A stretch of DNA of 54,402 nucleotides, taken from positions 1 to 54,402 of the IMG/VR virus record IMGVR_UViG_3300036766_002274. One strand, given 5' to 3'. Of this stretch, positions 38,220 through 47,824 are shown in pieces. Origin of the DNA: a virus. Its lineage: Duplodnaviria; Caudoviricetes. Under the pieces are notes generated by a model, which was not told the origin of the DNA, made no database searches, and saw only the letters and a list, made by a program, of their open reading frames with translations. Numbering within the stretch: position 1 is the first letter of the stretch; every line of letters starts with the position of its first letter. The position numbers and the translations under genes are program-made.

Positions 38220-39365
38220 ATGCACCCGACCATTAACCCCGACATCTTAGACAAGAGCGAACTTATCGAGCACCTTGTGCGCTTGACCGGCAAGTCTGGC
38301 GCATTCTTTGAAGCGGACAGCGTGCGCACACTGCGCGTGATGCTCGTCACCGCCATCGAAGCAAACCCTGACGGCGGAGTGGCGCGCAACCCTACCGCAG
38401 TAGGCGGTGGTGCGACGCTCACGCCCGAGGACATCGAGCGCCTCATCGAACAGGCTGCGACACGCGCTGAGCAGCGCGTTGTTCAGCGTATCCGGCAGGC
38501 CAGCATCAGCACCACCGAAGGTGCTGCACCAGCCAGCGATGGCGAGCCCGCCATCTCCGTCTCGTTCGGCGCTGACTCGCAGGGTATTCACGTCCCTGCC
38601 ATTCTCGCGGAATATCGCAACCCGTTTAAAGCGTTCTGCTCACGCATCGAAGCCGAGTCACGCGACACTGGCGTGCCCATCCACATCGGGCTCGTCGGCC
38701 CAACCGGCTCAGGCAAGACGACGTTCGCGGTGCAGTTCGCAGCCCAGACCAACCGACCCTGCTACATCCTGAACGTAGGCGCAGTGAGTGAGGCAGAGCA
38801 GCTTCTCTACACGTGGGAAGCGAAGGACGGCACGACATACCAGACACCGAGCGAACTCTCGCGTGCCATCCAAGTGGAGAACGCCGTCATCGTCTTGGAT
38901 GAACTCACACGTGGCGCCAACGCCAAGGTCACGAACGGCATCCTCGACATGCTCGACCACCGCGCGGTGCTTGGCAACGTGCCTGTCGCACCGGGCGTCG
39001 TGTTCTTCGCGACACTCAACGAGGGCGTCGGCTACACCGGCACCGACCTCATCGATGAGGCACTAGAGAACAGGCTCGCCTATTTCCTGCACATCCCGTA
39101 CTCCACCGAAGAAGAAGAGATTCTCATCGAGAAGTACGGCTGTGACCCGGTGCTCGCCAAGCACCTCGTCCTCCTCGCCCGCAACCTGCGCGGCGAGTAC
39201 GACCGCATCTCACTCCGCACACTGGGCGCGGCAGTGCGTCAAGTGAAGTACGGTGCGAGCATCGGCGAAGCGCTGTTCTGCACCTTCGCTCGCATCGTAC
39301 CGCCTGACGTGCTGGTATCGGCGGCAGCGTCAACCATTCCCAACATCACGTTCCCGAACTACTAA
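38220..39365 (+). CDS. MoxR/CbbQ/CobS-like AAA+ ATPase
   Basis: GPTGSGKT, IVLDELTR, FATLN.G.GY.GT..DEAL.NR, ISLR. Confidence 0.9.
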   Translation: MHPTINPDILDKSELIEHLVRLTGKSGAFFEADSVRTLRVMLVTAIEANPDGGVARNPTAVGGGATLTPEDIERLIEQAATRAEQRVVQRIRQASISTTEGAAPASDGEPAISVSFGADSQGIHVPAILAEYRNPFKAFCSRIEAESRDTGVPIHIGLVGPTGSGKTTFAVQFAAQTNRPCYILNVGAVSEAEQLLYTWEAKDGTTYQTPSELSRAIQVENAVIVLDELTRGANAKVTNGILDMLDHRAVLGNVPVAPGVVFFATLNEGVGYTGTDLIDEALENRLAYFLHIPYSTEEEEILIEKYGCDPVLAKHLVLLARNLRGEYDRISLRTLGAAVRQVKYGASIGEALFCTFARIVPPDVLVSAAASTIPNITFPNY

Positions 39366-39388
39366 CCCCGGAAGGGTGGAGGTCAGTC

Positions 39389-41404
39389 ATGACTAGCTTC
39401 ACAGAAGGCACGTTCAACTACACAGTGCAGCGACCCAGTGTGCCGGGTCTGTCCCGGTTTGCTGGCCGTGCGCTTGACACGGCGGAAGCGATGAAACTTC
39501 AACGCAACTTCGGGCTTCTCGCCAAGGGTCTGAACAAAAAGACCGTCACGCTTTGGGGGGTCGGCTCGATTGGGACAGACCACTCGTATCAGGATAAGCA
39601 CGGTAGGCACATCATCGTCGCTGACCCGCGCCGCCTGTCCCAGCCCGACCGTAACAGTGCGCCGCAGACCGGCCTGCCGAGACTCACTAACGCCAACGTG
39701 GCGAGTGTGACCGGCGCGGTTATCCACGAGGTAGCGCACACGCTCTACACTCCGAAGCTCGCACGCCTGTCAGGCAAAGAACTCGCAGTGTTCCGTGTCT
39801 ACGAGGATGCGTACATCAACGCTCTTATCCTCAACGAGCGCCTGCCCGGTGCCACGCCACTCATCCAGTACGCGTTCAATTGGAGCAACCCGCGACCGCA
39901 ACTGCTCCGTTCCATGGAGCAGGCAGTCACAGCGTGGGAAGAGCAGCCGACGTTTAAAGCTGCCATCGCAGTGCTTGGCAGCGCGGACTTCGTCGCTCGC
40001 CTGCTGAACGTCAACGCCAGCGTCAAGGTGCCGAACACCAGCCTTGTCGCGCTGCTCAACAAGGTGCAGCCCATCAGTGACACGCTCAGCGCAGGCGTTG
40101 TCATCGAGTGGGACGACCGGCTCAAGCTGTACCGCAAGATTGCCAAGGCAATCGACGCCTGCATCTCGCCGGATGCAGCGACCGAGCCGAGCCAGCCCGA
40201 GCCCAAGTCTGACAGCAACCTTCCGCAACCAGCCCAGCCTGACCCCTCAGGTGAGGACGACGGCGACGACACCGGCGACGACGACACACAGGACGAGGGC
40301 CAGCCATCACCCGAGTACGGTGACCCTGACCCCGACCAAGACGATAGCGACTGGGATGACGACGGCAACGCCGCACCCGGCGAAGAAGAAGAAGAGGACG
40401 AGGAGGGCACAGAAGAACACAGCCAGTACACAGCCAGTACGCAGCGGGGTAACCAGCCACCCCAACCAGACCAGACGCCAGAGCCTGAGGATGCTGGCGA
40501 TGACCTCACTGACACCTACGGCGACGATGCCGCCGACGTGCTCCTCACGTGTGAGGACACGACGCCCGAGCGGGGGCAGACCGGCGCCGCACTGAGCGAT
40601 GCACTGGCCCGCGCCAATCATGCCACTGTCGCCACCGAAGAGGACGGCGTGGTGCTTGGCGATGGCCTCTACGAGAAGGCCCAGCCGGGGCAGTACACGG
40701 TGAAGGGCATCGACCAGAAGCGCATCGACTCTCTCGCTAAGGTCTTCAAGGCGAAGAGCAACGTCCGCCGCGCGGTTGTGCATGGCTTGGACGAGGGCCG
40801 CATCAGCGGTCGCCGCCTTGGCAGGCTCGTCTCGGGTACCAGCAAGAACGTCTTCAAAGCACGGCCCAACTTCCGGCAGGAAAGCGCCGCTGTCCTCTTG
40901 CTCGTAGACGGCTCAGGCTCCATGGCCGGTGCCAACTACGACGGGGCCGCGCTCGCAGCCTATGAACTGTTTGCCAGCCTCAACGGCAACAACGATTACG
41001 CGGTCTACGCGTGGGTTTATACCGGCAGCACGACCCTCAACATCGTGGGCGCATCGCTCGATGGCAAAGTCCTGTCATGGCCCCGTGGCGGTGGCGGGTC
41101 AACGCCATCACACGAAGCCATGGTCGAAGCTGCCGCCTTTCTCAAGAAGCGGCACGGCGACGCTACGCGCCTCATCGTCCACTTCACCGACCTAGGCTAC
41201 ACCGACCGGCCCACGCCAGAGTTCAACGCCCTCGACCGGGAGCGCGGCCTTGCTTACATCTCCGTAAGCGTGGTCGAGAACCCGGACAACTTCGTCTATG
41301 CACTCGCTCAATCGCAGCGAGTGTCGCCACTCATGAAGGTCAGTGGCTACACCAGCACGCACCTCGTTCAGGCCGTGCAGGAACTGGTAGCCCGAACCTT
41401 CTAA
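39389..41404 (+). CDS. CobT-like VWA protein with N-terminal HExxH domain
   Basis: IHEVAH..YED; long acidic linker; MIDAS DGSGSM; GGGSTP; HFTD. Confidence 0.88.
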   Translation: MTSFTEGTFNYTVQRPSVPGLSRFAGRALDTAEAMKLQRNFGLLAKGLNKKTVTLWGVGSIGTDHSYQDKHGRHIIVADPRRLSQPDRNSAPQTGLPRLTNANVASVTGAVIHEVAHTLYTPKLARLSGKELAVFRVYEDAYINALILNERLPGATPLIQYAFNWSNPRPQLLRSMEQAVTAWEEQPTFKAAIAVLGSADFVARLLNVNASVKVPNTSLVALLNKVQPISDTLSAGVVIEWDDRLKLYRKIAKAIDACISPDAATEPSQPEPKSDSNLPQPAQPDPSGEDDGDDTGDDDTQDEGQPSPEYGDPDPDQDDSDWDDDGNAAPGEEEEEDEEGTEEHSQYTASTQRGNQPPQPDQTPEPEDAGDDLTDTYGDDAADVLLTCEDTTPERGQTGAALSDALARANHATVATEEDGVVLGDGLYEKAQPGQYTVKGIDQKRIDSLAKVFKAKSNVRRAVVHGLDEGRISGRRLGRLVSGTSKNVFKARPNFRQESAAVLLLVDGSGSMAGANYDGAALAAYELFASLNGNNDYAVYAWVYTGSTTLNIVGASLDGKVLSWPRGGGGSTPSHEAMVEAAAFLKKRHGDATRLIVHFTDLGYTDRPTPEFNALDRERGLAYISVSVVENPDNFVYALAQSQRVSPLMKVSGYTSTHLVQAVQELVARTF

Positions 41405-41697
41405 GCCATCCTTCGAGTGTCAGGGGTAAACCTCAGGAGGTGTTGCCGTGACGGCGATAGCGGGCACATGCCAGCCCGTAGCGAACAGGCCGGGAGGGCG
41501 CTTAGTGCGTGCTCCCGGCTCCACTTTACAGGAGTCGTCTCTTGAACATCCAGCTCTTCCCCTGTTTCCATTGCTCGCGCGAAGCGAACCAGCACGATAT
41601 CAAATGGTGCGCCGTGTGCGAGCGTGCCTACTGCTCGACTTGCTGGCCGAAGGAAAGCCACCGTGTCAGCACACACAGCCACACCGTGGCAGTCAAG

Positions 41698-41891
41698 TGA
41701 GCGCAACGCGTGGCCGCATCATCAACGTGTCGAACCACGGCACCATCATCACTGTCACACTCGCCACCGGGGGTGGCGAGTTGCGTGATGTCCACTTCGA
41801 CCACCGCTCTTTCAGCCACATGCTCGACGCCGAGGTCGAGGATGGCGGTACAATCCTCGGGCACACCATTACCGTTCAGGAGGGATACTAG
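41698..41891 (+). CDS. Hypothetical protein
   Basis: GTG overlaps upstream stop; RDVHFDHRSF. Confidence 0.5.
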
Positions 41892-41893
41892 CC

Positions 41894-42103
41894 ATGAAGC
41901 TGACATTTTCGCATCACGGTGCCACCATAGCAGTGCGACACACACCGGGCATTACCTGCACGCCTTATGGCCCACAAGGGGCAGACGTGGCCCTGCGTAA
42001 CTCACGCACTCGTCGCCTCATTGCATATAGCCACAATAGTTGGTGGCTAATCACGGGCACGAACTACGCTGTCGATAACCTCACCATCGAAGAGGGGCAC
42101 TGA
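41894..42103 (+). CDS. Hypothetical protein, paralog of 42606-42815
   Basis: AGGAGG RBS; shared MKL.FSH.G..RH.PGI..LRN..T.RLIA..HN.WW. Confidence 0.75.
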   Translation: MKLTFSHHGATIAVRHTPGITCTPYGPQGADVALRNSRTRRLIAYSHNSWWLITGTNYAVDNLTIEEGH

Positions 42104-42104
42104 C

Positions 42105-42446
42105 ATGCACGACTGGACGAAGCTGCCAAAGTGGGCACAGGATGAGATTTACACCTGCCAGCAACGCGTCGCGGACTTAGAGGACGCGCTCAGCTCTCGC
42201 GAGTATGCTTCGCAATACGAAGGCGATGAGCCACGCGTGTTCTTGCGTCAGCCAGTCGGCAATGAATCGCATGAGAAAGCGATTGGCGGCAGCTACACCA
42301 CAGTCGTTTTCCGCACCCCAACTGACTGTGTAGAAGTCAGCATGACAAGCTCGGGCGGTTTGTTTCATATCAGGGCGAGTGGTGGTGACATTGCTATCCA
42401 CCCGGTTGCGAGTAACGCAGTCTTCCTGACTGGCAAGGAGTGGTGA
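42105..42446 (+). CDS. Hypothetical phage protein (113 aa)
   Basis: KLPKWAQ..I N-terminus and I.P.ASN C-terminus; RBS. Confidence 0.7.
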   Translation: MHDWTKLPKWAQDEIYTCQQRVADLEDALSSREYASQYEGDEPRVFLRQPVGNESHEKAIGGSYTTVVFRTPTDCVEVSMTSSGGLFHIRASGGDIAIHPVASNAVFLTGKEW

Positions 42447-42605
42447 CATGGAAGGGCCAGAAGAGGCAGCGGAGCGCAAGCTCGCTGCTAAGCTGGCGGA
42501 AGCCAAGCTCTTTAAAGTGAGCCTCGACTTCAGTCAGACCGAAGAAGAGTACCGGGCATTCGTGCCACGGGACAACACCCAAGAGGGACAAGGGGAGCCA
42601 GAACC

Positions 42606-42815
42606 ATGAAGCTTGTATTCTCACACGATGGCGTCATTGTTGCCACGCGACACGTACCGGGCATCTTCGTTACTTATGACAAGCTCGGCGATGTCGAGCT
42701 TCGTAATCTCAAGACGAAGCGATTAATCGCGCGCAACCACAACCAGTGGTGGTTCGTCATGGGAACGCGCTATTCTGTCAGCGACCTAGTGGTTGAGACT
42801 GAGGCGGGCAAGTGA
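42606..42815 (+). CDS. Hypothetical protein, paralog of 41894-42103
   Basis: RBS; full-length paralogy. Confidence 0.75.
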   Translation: MKLVFSHDGVIVATRHVPGIFVTYDKLGDVELRNLKTKRLIARNHNQWWFVMGTRYSVSDLVVETEAGK

Positions 42816-43441
42816 CCACGGCGGCAAGTTACGCGAAGTACGTCAAGCGTCCGGTGCCCGTGACGTGCGACCTCGAAACCATCACGCTCTACTACAACGC
42901 CAACATGGGGACAGGCGTGAAGTTCACCGAGGAGGACATCAAGGCTGAGCCCATGCTCGTGCTCGACGCACTGCGCTACCTTGAGAGCTACCGGGGAAAG
43001 TTCATCTACCTCGTGAACATGCGCGACCAACTCGTCAGTCCTCACGCCTTTCATCCGACCAAGGCGCAGCTCGTCAGTATCCTCAACTGCTGGATGGCTG
43101 ACCACGAAATGAAGACCGGAACACGCGGCACGTCAGGCACCGGGCCGGTCTTTAAACACATCAAGAAGCTGGGCATGGGGCCACGCAAGGGCATCGCGGC
43201 TACTATCCCCTTCCCGGTCAAGGTTCACCCGGCTGGTGCAGCCAGCACCAACCCCGGTTGCTACTACGTCACCGATGGCGGCGACTTCGGCAACAACCAG
43301 TACTACGGGCGCATCACCCCGAACGGTGAGTTCGTCACGAGTAAAGACTTCGAGCACCTACCATCTCCGCATGCCGCAGCCATCCTGAAATGGCTGGAGG
43401 AACTCAACTACGCAGGCGAGCGCATCTTCGCCACAGCCTAG
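42812..43441 (+). CDS. Hypothetical phage protein (209 aa)
   Basis: C-terminal S.NPG..YV..YYGRI..G.F motif. Confidence 0.7.
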   Translation: MTTAASYAKYVKRPVPVTCDLETITLYYNANMGTGVKFTEEDIKAEPMLVLDALRYLESYRGKFIYLVNMRDQLVSPHAFHPTKAQLVSILNCWMADHEMKTGTRGTSGTGPVFKHIKKLGMGPRKGIAATIPFPVKVHPAGAASTNPGCYYVTDGGDFGNNQYYGRITPNGEFVTSKDFEHLPSPHAAAILKWLEELNYAGERIFATA

Positions 43442-43556
43442 CTTTGCCCACCAGTGTGCGGTACACTCTCATCCTACGCATCACACGCACACGAGTACGT
43501 GTGTGGTGTGGAGCCAGAAGCGACACGGATATCCACCCACGAAAGGAACACCAGAC

Positions 43557-43817
43557 ATGGCACTTCCACTCTTGAACCACACCCAGCTTGAGCGCATCAG
43601 CTTCCGCCTCTCCGAGAGCGCGCCGCCACCGGTGAAGCGCGAGAAGCGCATCGGTCAGCCGGGGGAGAAGTCAACCAAGGGCACATGGCTGGGCCGTGTC
43701 AACAAGACCGCCCAAGACCGCATCAAGCTGGTGAGCGACCGTCCGCGCTTTCAGGCGTGGGCCTCACGCATCGACACCGCGAAGGCCAGCCCCACCGGGG
43801 CGAGAAAGGCAGCGTAA
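43557..43817 (+). CDS. Small basic protein
   Basis: AAAGGA RBS before ATG. Confidence 0.6.
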   Translation: MALPLLNHTQLERISFRLSESAPPPVKREKRIGQPGEKSTKGTWLGRVNKTAQDRIKLVSDRPRFQAWASRIDTAKASPTGARKAA

Positions 43818-43818
43818 C

Positions 43819-44007
43819 ATGAGGCAGTGCGCCCGGTGCGGGGCCAGTGCCCCGCTCCACCGCTACCCTGTCGGCGACATCGCGCAAGAAATATGCACGA
43901 ACTGCTGGCAGGTCGTCACGCAACGCGGCTGGCACCACCAGCCGCCCATCAATCCAGCACAGAAGTTCATACCGGGCCTGCCCGGAGTCCAGCCGAGGTT
44001 GATTTAA
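43819..44007 (+). CDS. Zn-finger protein (CARC..CTNC)
   Basis: Two CxxC pairs. Confidence 0.55.
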   Translation: MRQCARCGASAPLHRYPVGDIAQEICTNCWQVVTQRGWHHQPPINPAQKFIPGLPGVQPRLI

Positions 44008-44008
44008 A

Positions 44009-44563
44009 GTGACCAAACTCTCCGAAGACCTTGAGTCCAACCTCTACATCATCGCTGACCTGAAAGGGCCGGGTGTCTCAGCCGAGCGCCTCGTCCTCGA
44101 AGAAGGCGGGCGGTGTGACACGCGGCCCTTCTCTAGGCACGAGCATGAGGTCATGCTCGACCTGTTCCGCGCAGCACGCACGCGCTTCCCCATTAAGCAG
44201 TGCTACAGGAACAGTCAACTCCTCCTCATCGCGTCACAATGCGTCCCTTACAGCGAGTGCTTCTACTATGCCGAGGGCTTCGCTTCCTACCCCGGCCTTG
44301 GCCTGCCGATTGAGCACGCAATCCTCACGCTCAACGGCAAGGCCGTTGACGTGACGTGGCGTGACTCTGCCGAGCGTGATGTCTGGAAGCCCGAGAAGCT
44401 GCTCGCACGCGTCATCAAGAACCAAGCCGAGAACCAGTATTGGATGCTGGAGTGGGCACACGCGGACTTCGTCGCCGGTAAGCGGCGCAACGGCATGTCA
44501 CTGCTCGACTGTCTCGTCAGGGACAGAATCATCACCGAGCGTGAGGAGAAGACTGGTGAATAA
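44009..44563 (+). CDS. Possible transglutaminase/papain-like fold protein
   Basis: KQCYRNS..YAEGFA..PIEHA..VDVTW gives a C-H-D order. Confidence 0.5.
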   Translation: MTKLSEDLESNLYIIADLKGPGVSAERLVLEEGGRCDTRPFSRHEHEVMLDLFRAARTRFPIKQCYRNSQLLLIASQCVPYSECFYYAEGFASYPGLGLPIEHAILTLNGKAVDVTWRDSAERDVWKPEKLLARVIKNQAENQYWMLEWAHADFVAGKRRNGMSLLDCLVRDRIITEREEKTGE

Positions 44564-45422
44564 GCACCTCGCTCTCTACGAGCGCCTCAAGTTCAACCTT
44601 ATCCCGCTCAAGCCCCGAGACAAGCGCCCGGCGCTTACGAGCTGGGCCGCGTACCAGCAGCGCATGAGTACCACGGAAGAGCGCTCCATGTGGTTCGAGT
44701 GGTGTGCCTGCACGCACCCGCTCGTCACTCACCCGCGCGGTATGTGTGATTATGCCGACCACGAAATGGGCCGGTGTTCATGCTCGGAGTATCGCCCACG
44801 GAACGTCGGTGTCGTCACCGGCGCGGTCTCGCACAACCTCGTTGTGCTGGACTTCGATGATGCTGTCGCCTACGACACAGCCTGCGACAAGCTCCCGTGG
44901 CTGGCCGAGACGCTCCACGTCTCAACTGGCCGAGGGCATCATGTCTACTTGAACTCCCAGCAAGACCCCGGCCCGACCTTCTCGATGAAGCTCGACGGTG
45001 CCGAGGGCGTCCACCACATCAAGGCCAACGGCGGCTACGTTGTCGCACCACCGAGCATCCACCCGAGCGGGGCGGTCTACAAGTGGGACAATCTCTACGA
45101 CCCCGAGATGGACGAACTACTGACCATCGACCTCAAGGAGTTAGTTCCAGCGCTGATGGCTGCTGGCTTTAAACGCAGCCAGCCCGAGGCAAGAGAAATC
45201 CCCGAGGGTTTCTGGGACGCGTTCGTCTCAGCCACACACGGGGAGGGCGAGCGCGCCAATGCGCTCGTCAAGCTGGTTGGGATTCTCCGTGCTGCTGTTG
45301 GCTCGCAGGCCATTGCCTACGAACTGGCTCGCGGCTGGAACCAACAGCACCTCGTGCCGCCGCTCACTGACGAAGAAGTACGCGGCTCCATACGTTCGTA
45401 CTGGAGCCGGTACAAGAACTAG
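44556..45422 (+). CDS. Bifunctional primase-polymerase (Prim-Pol) with PriCT-like C-terminus
   Basis: LIPL..KRP..W, NVGVVTG..LVVLDFD, TGRGHHVY, GGYVVAPPSIH.SG..Y.W, EGER...WN...PPL..EEV. Confidence 0.9.
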   Translation: MNKHLALYERLKFNLIPLKPRDKRPALTSWAAYQQRMSTTEERSMWFEWCACTHPLVTHPRGMCDYADHEMGRCSCSEYRPRNVGVVTGAVSHNLVVLDFDDAVAYDTACDKLPWLAETLHVSTGRGHHVYLNSQQDPGPTFSMKLDGAEGVHHIKANGGYVVAPPSIHPSGAVYKWDNLYDPEMDELLTIDLKELVPALMAAGFKRSQPEAREIPEGFWDAFVSATHGEGERANALVKLVGILRAAVGSQAIAYELARGWNQQHLVPPLTDEEVRGSIRSYWSRYKN

Positions 45423-45781
45423 CTGGCGACTGCCGTCGAGAACCGGAACGTGGCTTTGATAATCGCCGCCACGCCTTCCTGCTGCTCCGGCGTCAGCGCA
45501 CGTATCAGCGTGATGAGGCCGTCGTTGATGTCAGCCTCGTGTGCGTCCGTGGTGTAGCCCTCAGCTTCGAGTATCTCGAAGCCGGGGAAACGGTAGGCCC
45601 GCCGCAGGGCGTTAAACACTCCCGGATAGAGAACCTGAATCCGCCCAAGCTCGATAGACGAGATGTATTCACGTTTCACACCGCTCACGCGAGCGGCGTC
45701 TGTCTGTGTGAGCCCAGCCTTGACCCGGTAGTGCCGGAGCTTGTCGGCGAGGCGCGAGTTGTCATTGGTGATGCTTGGCAT
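45419..45781 (-). CDS. XRE-family HTH repressor
   Basis: LRHYR..GLTQ..AA..GV..YISSIELG. Confidence 0.88.
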   Translation of the reverse strand: MPSITNDNSRLADKLRHYRVKAGLTQTDAARVSGVKREYISSIELGRIQVLYPGVFNALRRAYRFPGFEILEAEGYTTDAHEADINDGLITLIRALTPEQQEGVAAIIKATFRFSTAVAS

Positions 45782-45953
45782 AGTGGTCTTCTTTCTTCCC
45801 TCTGGCAGTGGGATGTGTGCGCTCAATCCCATAATGGCGTGTCCCACACGCGCATGTCAAGCCTTTCTACGGCATTCTCCGATATTACCCATCCAAGTGA
45901 CACAGATGACTTGCGTCACGACAATTACCTGTCGTATTGTACGCCAGCGGACA

Positions 45954-45969
45954 CAAGGGTTAACCCTTG
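45954..45969. promoter_or_regulatory. Perfect 16-bp palindrome CAAGGGTTAACCCTTG, candidate operator
   Basis: In divergent gap next to repressor; TTGACA on minus strand at 45855-45860. Confidence 0.45.
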
Positions 45970-46192
45970 GAACCAGCGAGATTGAGAGGCACACCTTAAT
46001 GATTCAGTCCCTTGAGTCGGCAGTCCTGCGCGGTCTCGTCTTCAGCGCCACGGTCGTGGTGACCACTACCAGCAACGGCTGGCACATAGCTTCAACGTGT
46101 GGCGAGTTTCAGGCGAACATCCTGAAGCCTCACGCCAGCCGCATCGCCAACCCGGCAAAGTTTGCCGTGTGAGTGGTGGTCTTTCTAGTTAA

Positions 46193-46221
46193 TTGACAGG
46201 GTGTCTGTTAGACGCTATATT
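46193..46221 (+). promoter_or_regulatory. Sigma70 promoter TTGACA-17-TATATT
   Basis: Near-consensus boxes and spacing, upstream of GAGGGAG RBS. Confidence 0.75.
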
Positions 46222-46249
46222 AGTATCTCAGACAGAGGGAGTAAGCAGC

Positions 46250-47191
46250 ATGTACGGACACGGTCTTTCACGCCAGATGGAAGAGTGGCACAAGGAGTTC
46301 AACGGCGCCGCCGGGGAACCGGCATGGGATGCCTTCCTCGATGACTTCCAGACACTCCTCGCCAGCAAGGCTCGGGAGTTGTCTGAGGAGCACGACAACG
46401 ACGGCAAGTTCGGCATGAGCAAGGCTGGCGGCTGCACGCGAGCGGCTGGTTTAAAGCTTCTCGGCGCAGAAGGCTCGCCGTTCTCTGGCTCCACGCGGGT
46501 CACCTTCTTCATCGGCCACCTCGCTGAGTGCATAGGCATCGCCTCACTCAGGGCGCTGGGTTATGAGGTCGGGGGCTCGCAGCAGGCCGTCACGATTGGC
46601 GAGTTCATGCACTCGTACTCAGACGGCATCATTGCCGACTTCGACGGCGAGGAGACCATCCTCTCCGTTAAGAGCGCGGCCTACAAGAAGTCCGGGCAGG
46701 AACGGCGCGGTGCCAACCGCATCTGGGTGCGCCGTGGCTTCCCTGAGCTTCCCTTCATGGGAGTCAAGGCCAGCCAACCCGGTCACTGGGTGCAGGCACA
46801 GGCCGAGATGTTCGGAGCGAACATCAACCAAGCCCTCTACCTCGTGGTTGCGAAAGACATCATCAAGGCCATGGAGGAAGACCCCTATCTCGGGGATGGC
46901 GACGGCGAGGGTAACGGCTCGCTCACCTTCTACTCCGAACTCATCAAGTACGACGACCAGTTCTGCCAGAACACGTTGCTCCCAGTTTGGGAGCAACAGT
47001 GGGCAGACGTTCAGGCCGGACGCCCCGGCGCACCAATGTTCTACAACAAGGCAGGCGAGTTCGTTCGCCTGACCGCATCCAGCCAGTCATGGAAGCCCAA
47101 CGCGGACAAGACCGGCACCTACAACCCCTGCAACTACTGCGACTTTGTCGGTGCGTGTAAGACAGACCTTGTGTCTGGATTCCGCAAGTAG
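46250..47191 (+). CDS. Cas4-like PD-(D/E)XK exonuclease
   Basis: GCTR..F.IGH..E, SDG, SVKS, Q-rich helix, CNYCDF...C Fe-S staple. Confidence 0.75.
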   Translation: MYGHGLSRQMEEWHKEFNGAAGEPAWDAFLDDFQTLLASKARELSEEHDNDGKFGMSKAGGCTRAAGLKLLGAEGSPFSGSTRVTFFIGHLAECIGIASLRALGYEVGGSQQAVTIGEFMHSYSDGIIADFDGEETILSVKSAAYKKSGQERRGANRIWVRRGFPELPFMGVKASQPGHWVQAQAEMFGANINQALYLVVAKDIIKAMEEDPYLGDGDGEGNGSLTFYSELIKYDDQFCQNTLLPVWEQQWADVQAGRPGAPMFYNKAGEFVRLTASSQSWKPNADKTGTYNPCNYCDFVGACKTDLVSGFRK

Positions 47192-47625
47192 TGGCAGGCC
47201 ACCTCACTCAACTCATGGAGGAACTCATGACTCAGGACACCCTCGAACTCATCGGCAGTATCGGTAACTTCCCGGCGAAGCTCACGCTTCCCCTCTCACC
47301 GGAAGCCTTCAACGTCGATGGCGACTTCATCGCTGGCTTGCTCGCCAGCCTCGAAGTCCTCAACTTCCAGCCACCGCTTCCGGGGCAGGTTGCCACCAGT
47401 GCGCCGCAGGCGCAGGTTGCTGGCCCAGCACGCTACGCATCCGCACCCGGAGGCAGCACTGGCGGCGGTTGCCCGACGCACGGCACGACCAAGCAGAAGA
47501 CCGGCTTCCGTGGCGCTGGCTTCGAGTGCGGCGCGTGGTCGGAGAACAAAGAGCCGTGGTCGAAGGACGGCAAGCTGATGCAGGACGGTCGCACCGTCTA
47601 CTACTGCGCGAGCAAGTGGGGCTAA
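47191..47625 (+). CDS. Hypothetical protein with CP.HG..C..C motif
   Basis: Follows exonuclease; start may be 47228 (GGAGG). Confidence 0.6.
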   Translation: MAGHLTQLMEELMTQDTLELIGSIGNFPAKLTLPLSPEAFNVDGDFIAGLLASLEVLNFQPPLPGQVATSAPQAQVAGPARYASAPGGSTGGGCPTHGTTKQKTGFRGAGFECGAWSENKEPWSKDGKLMQDGRTVYYCASKWG

Positions 47626-47648
47626 CCCACACGCTCGCGTGACGCAAT

Positions 47649-47722
47649 GCCGGTGTCGTACAACGGTAGTACGCCTGTTTTGTAAACAGGAAGTGTAGGT
47701 TCAACTCCTGCCACCGGCTCCA
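47649..47722 (+). tRNA. tRNA-Thr(TGT)
   Basis: Acceptor GCCGGTG/CACCGGC; anticodon arm CCTGT-TTTGTAA-ACAGG; T loop TTCAACT; ends TCCA. Confidence 0.92.
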
Positions 47723-47725
47723 CAT

Positions 47726-47799
47726 GCCGCGCGTCGTCTAAGTAGGACACTCACCCTCGATGGTGAGAGATGAGGGTTCAATCCCCTCCGTTCGGCCCA
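47726..47799 (+). tRNA. Atypical tRNA, identity undetermined (8-nt anticodon loop)
   Basis: T arm GAGGG-TTCAATC-CCCTC; anticodon stem CTCAC/GTGAG around CCTCGATG; CCA end. Confidence 0.7.
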
Positions 47800-47824
47800 T
47801 TTAAAGCAAGACAGGAACACATCT

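Noticed and set aside
46250-47191. Cas4-like gene as part of a CRISPR system
   Set aside because: No repeat-spacer array or other cas genes seen; solo Cas4-like nucleases are common in phages
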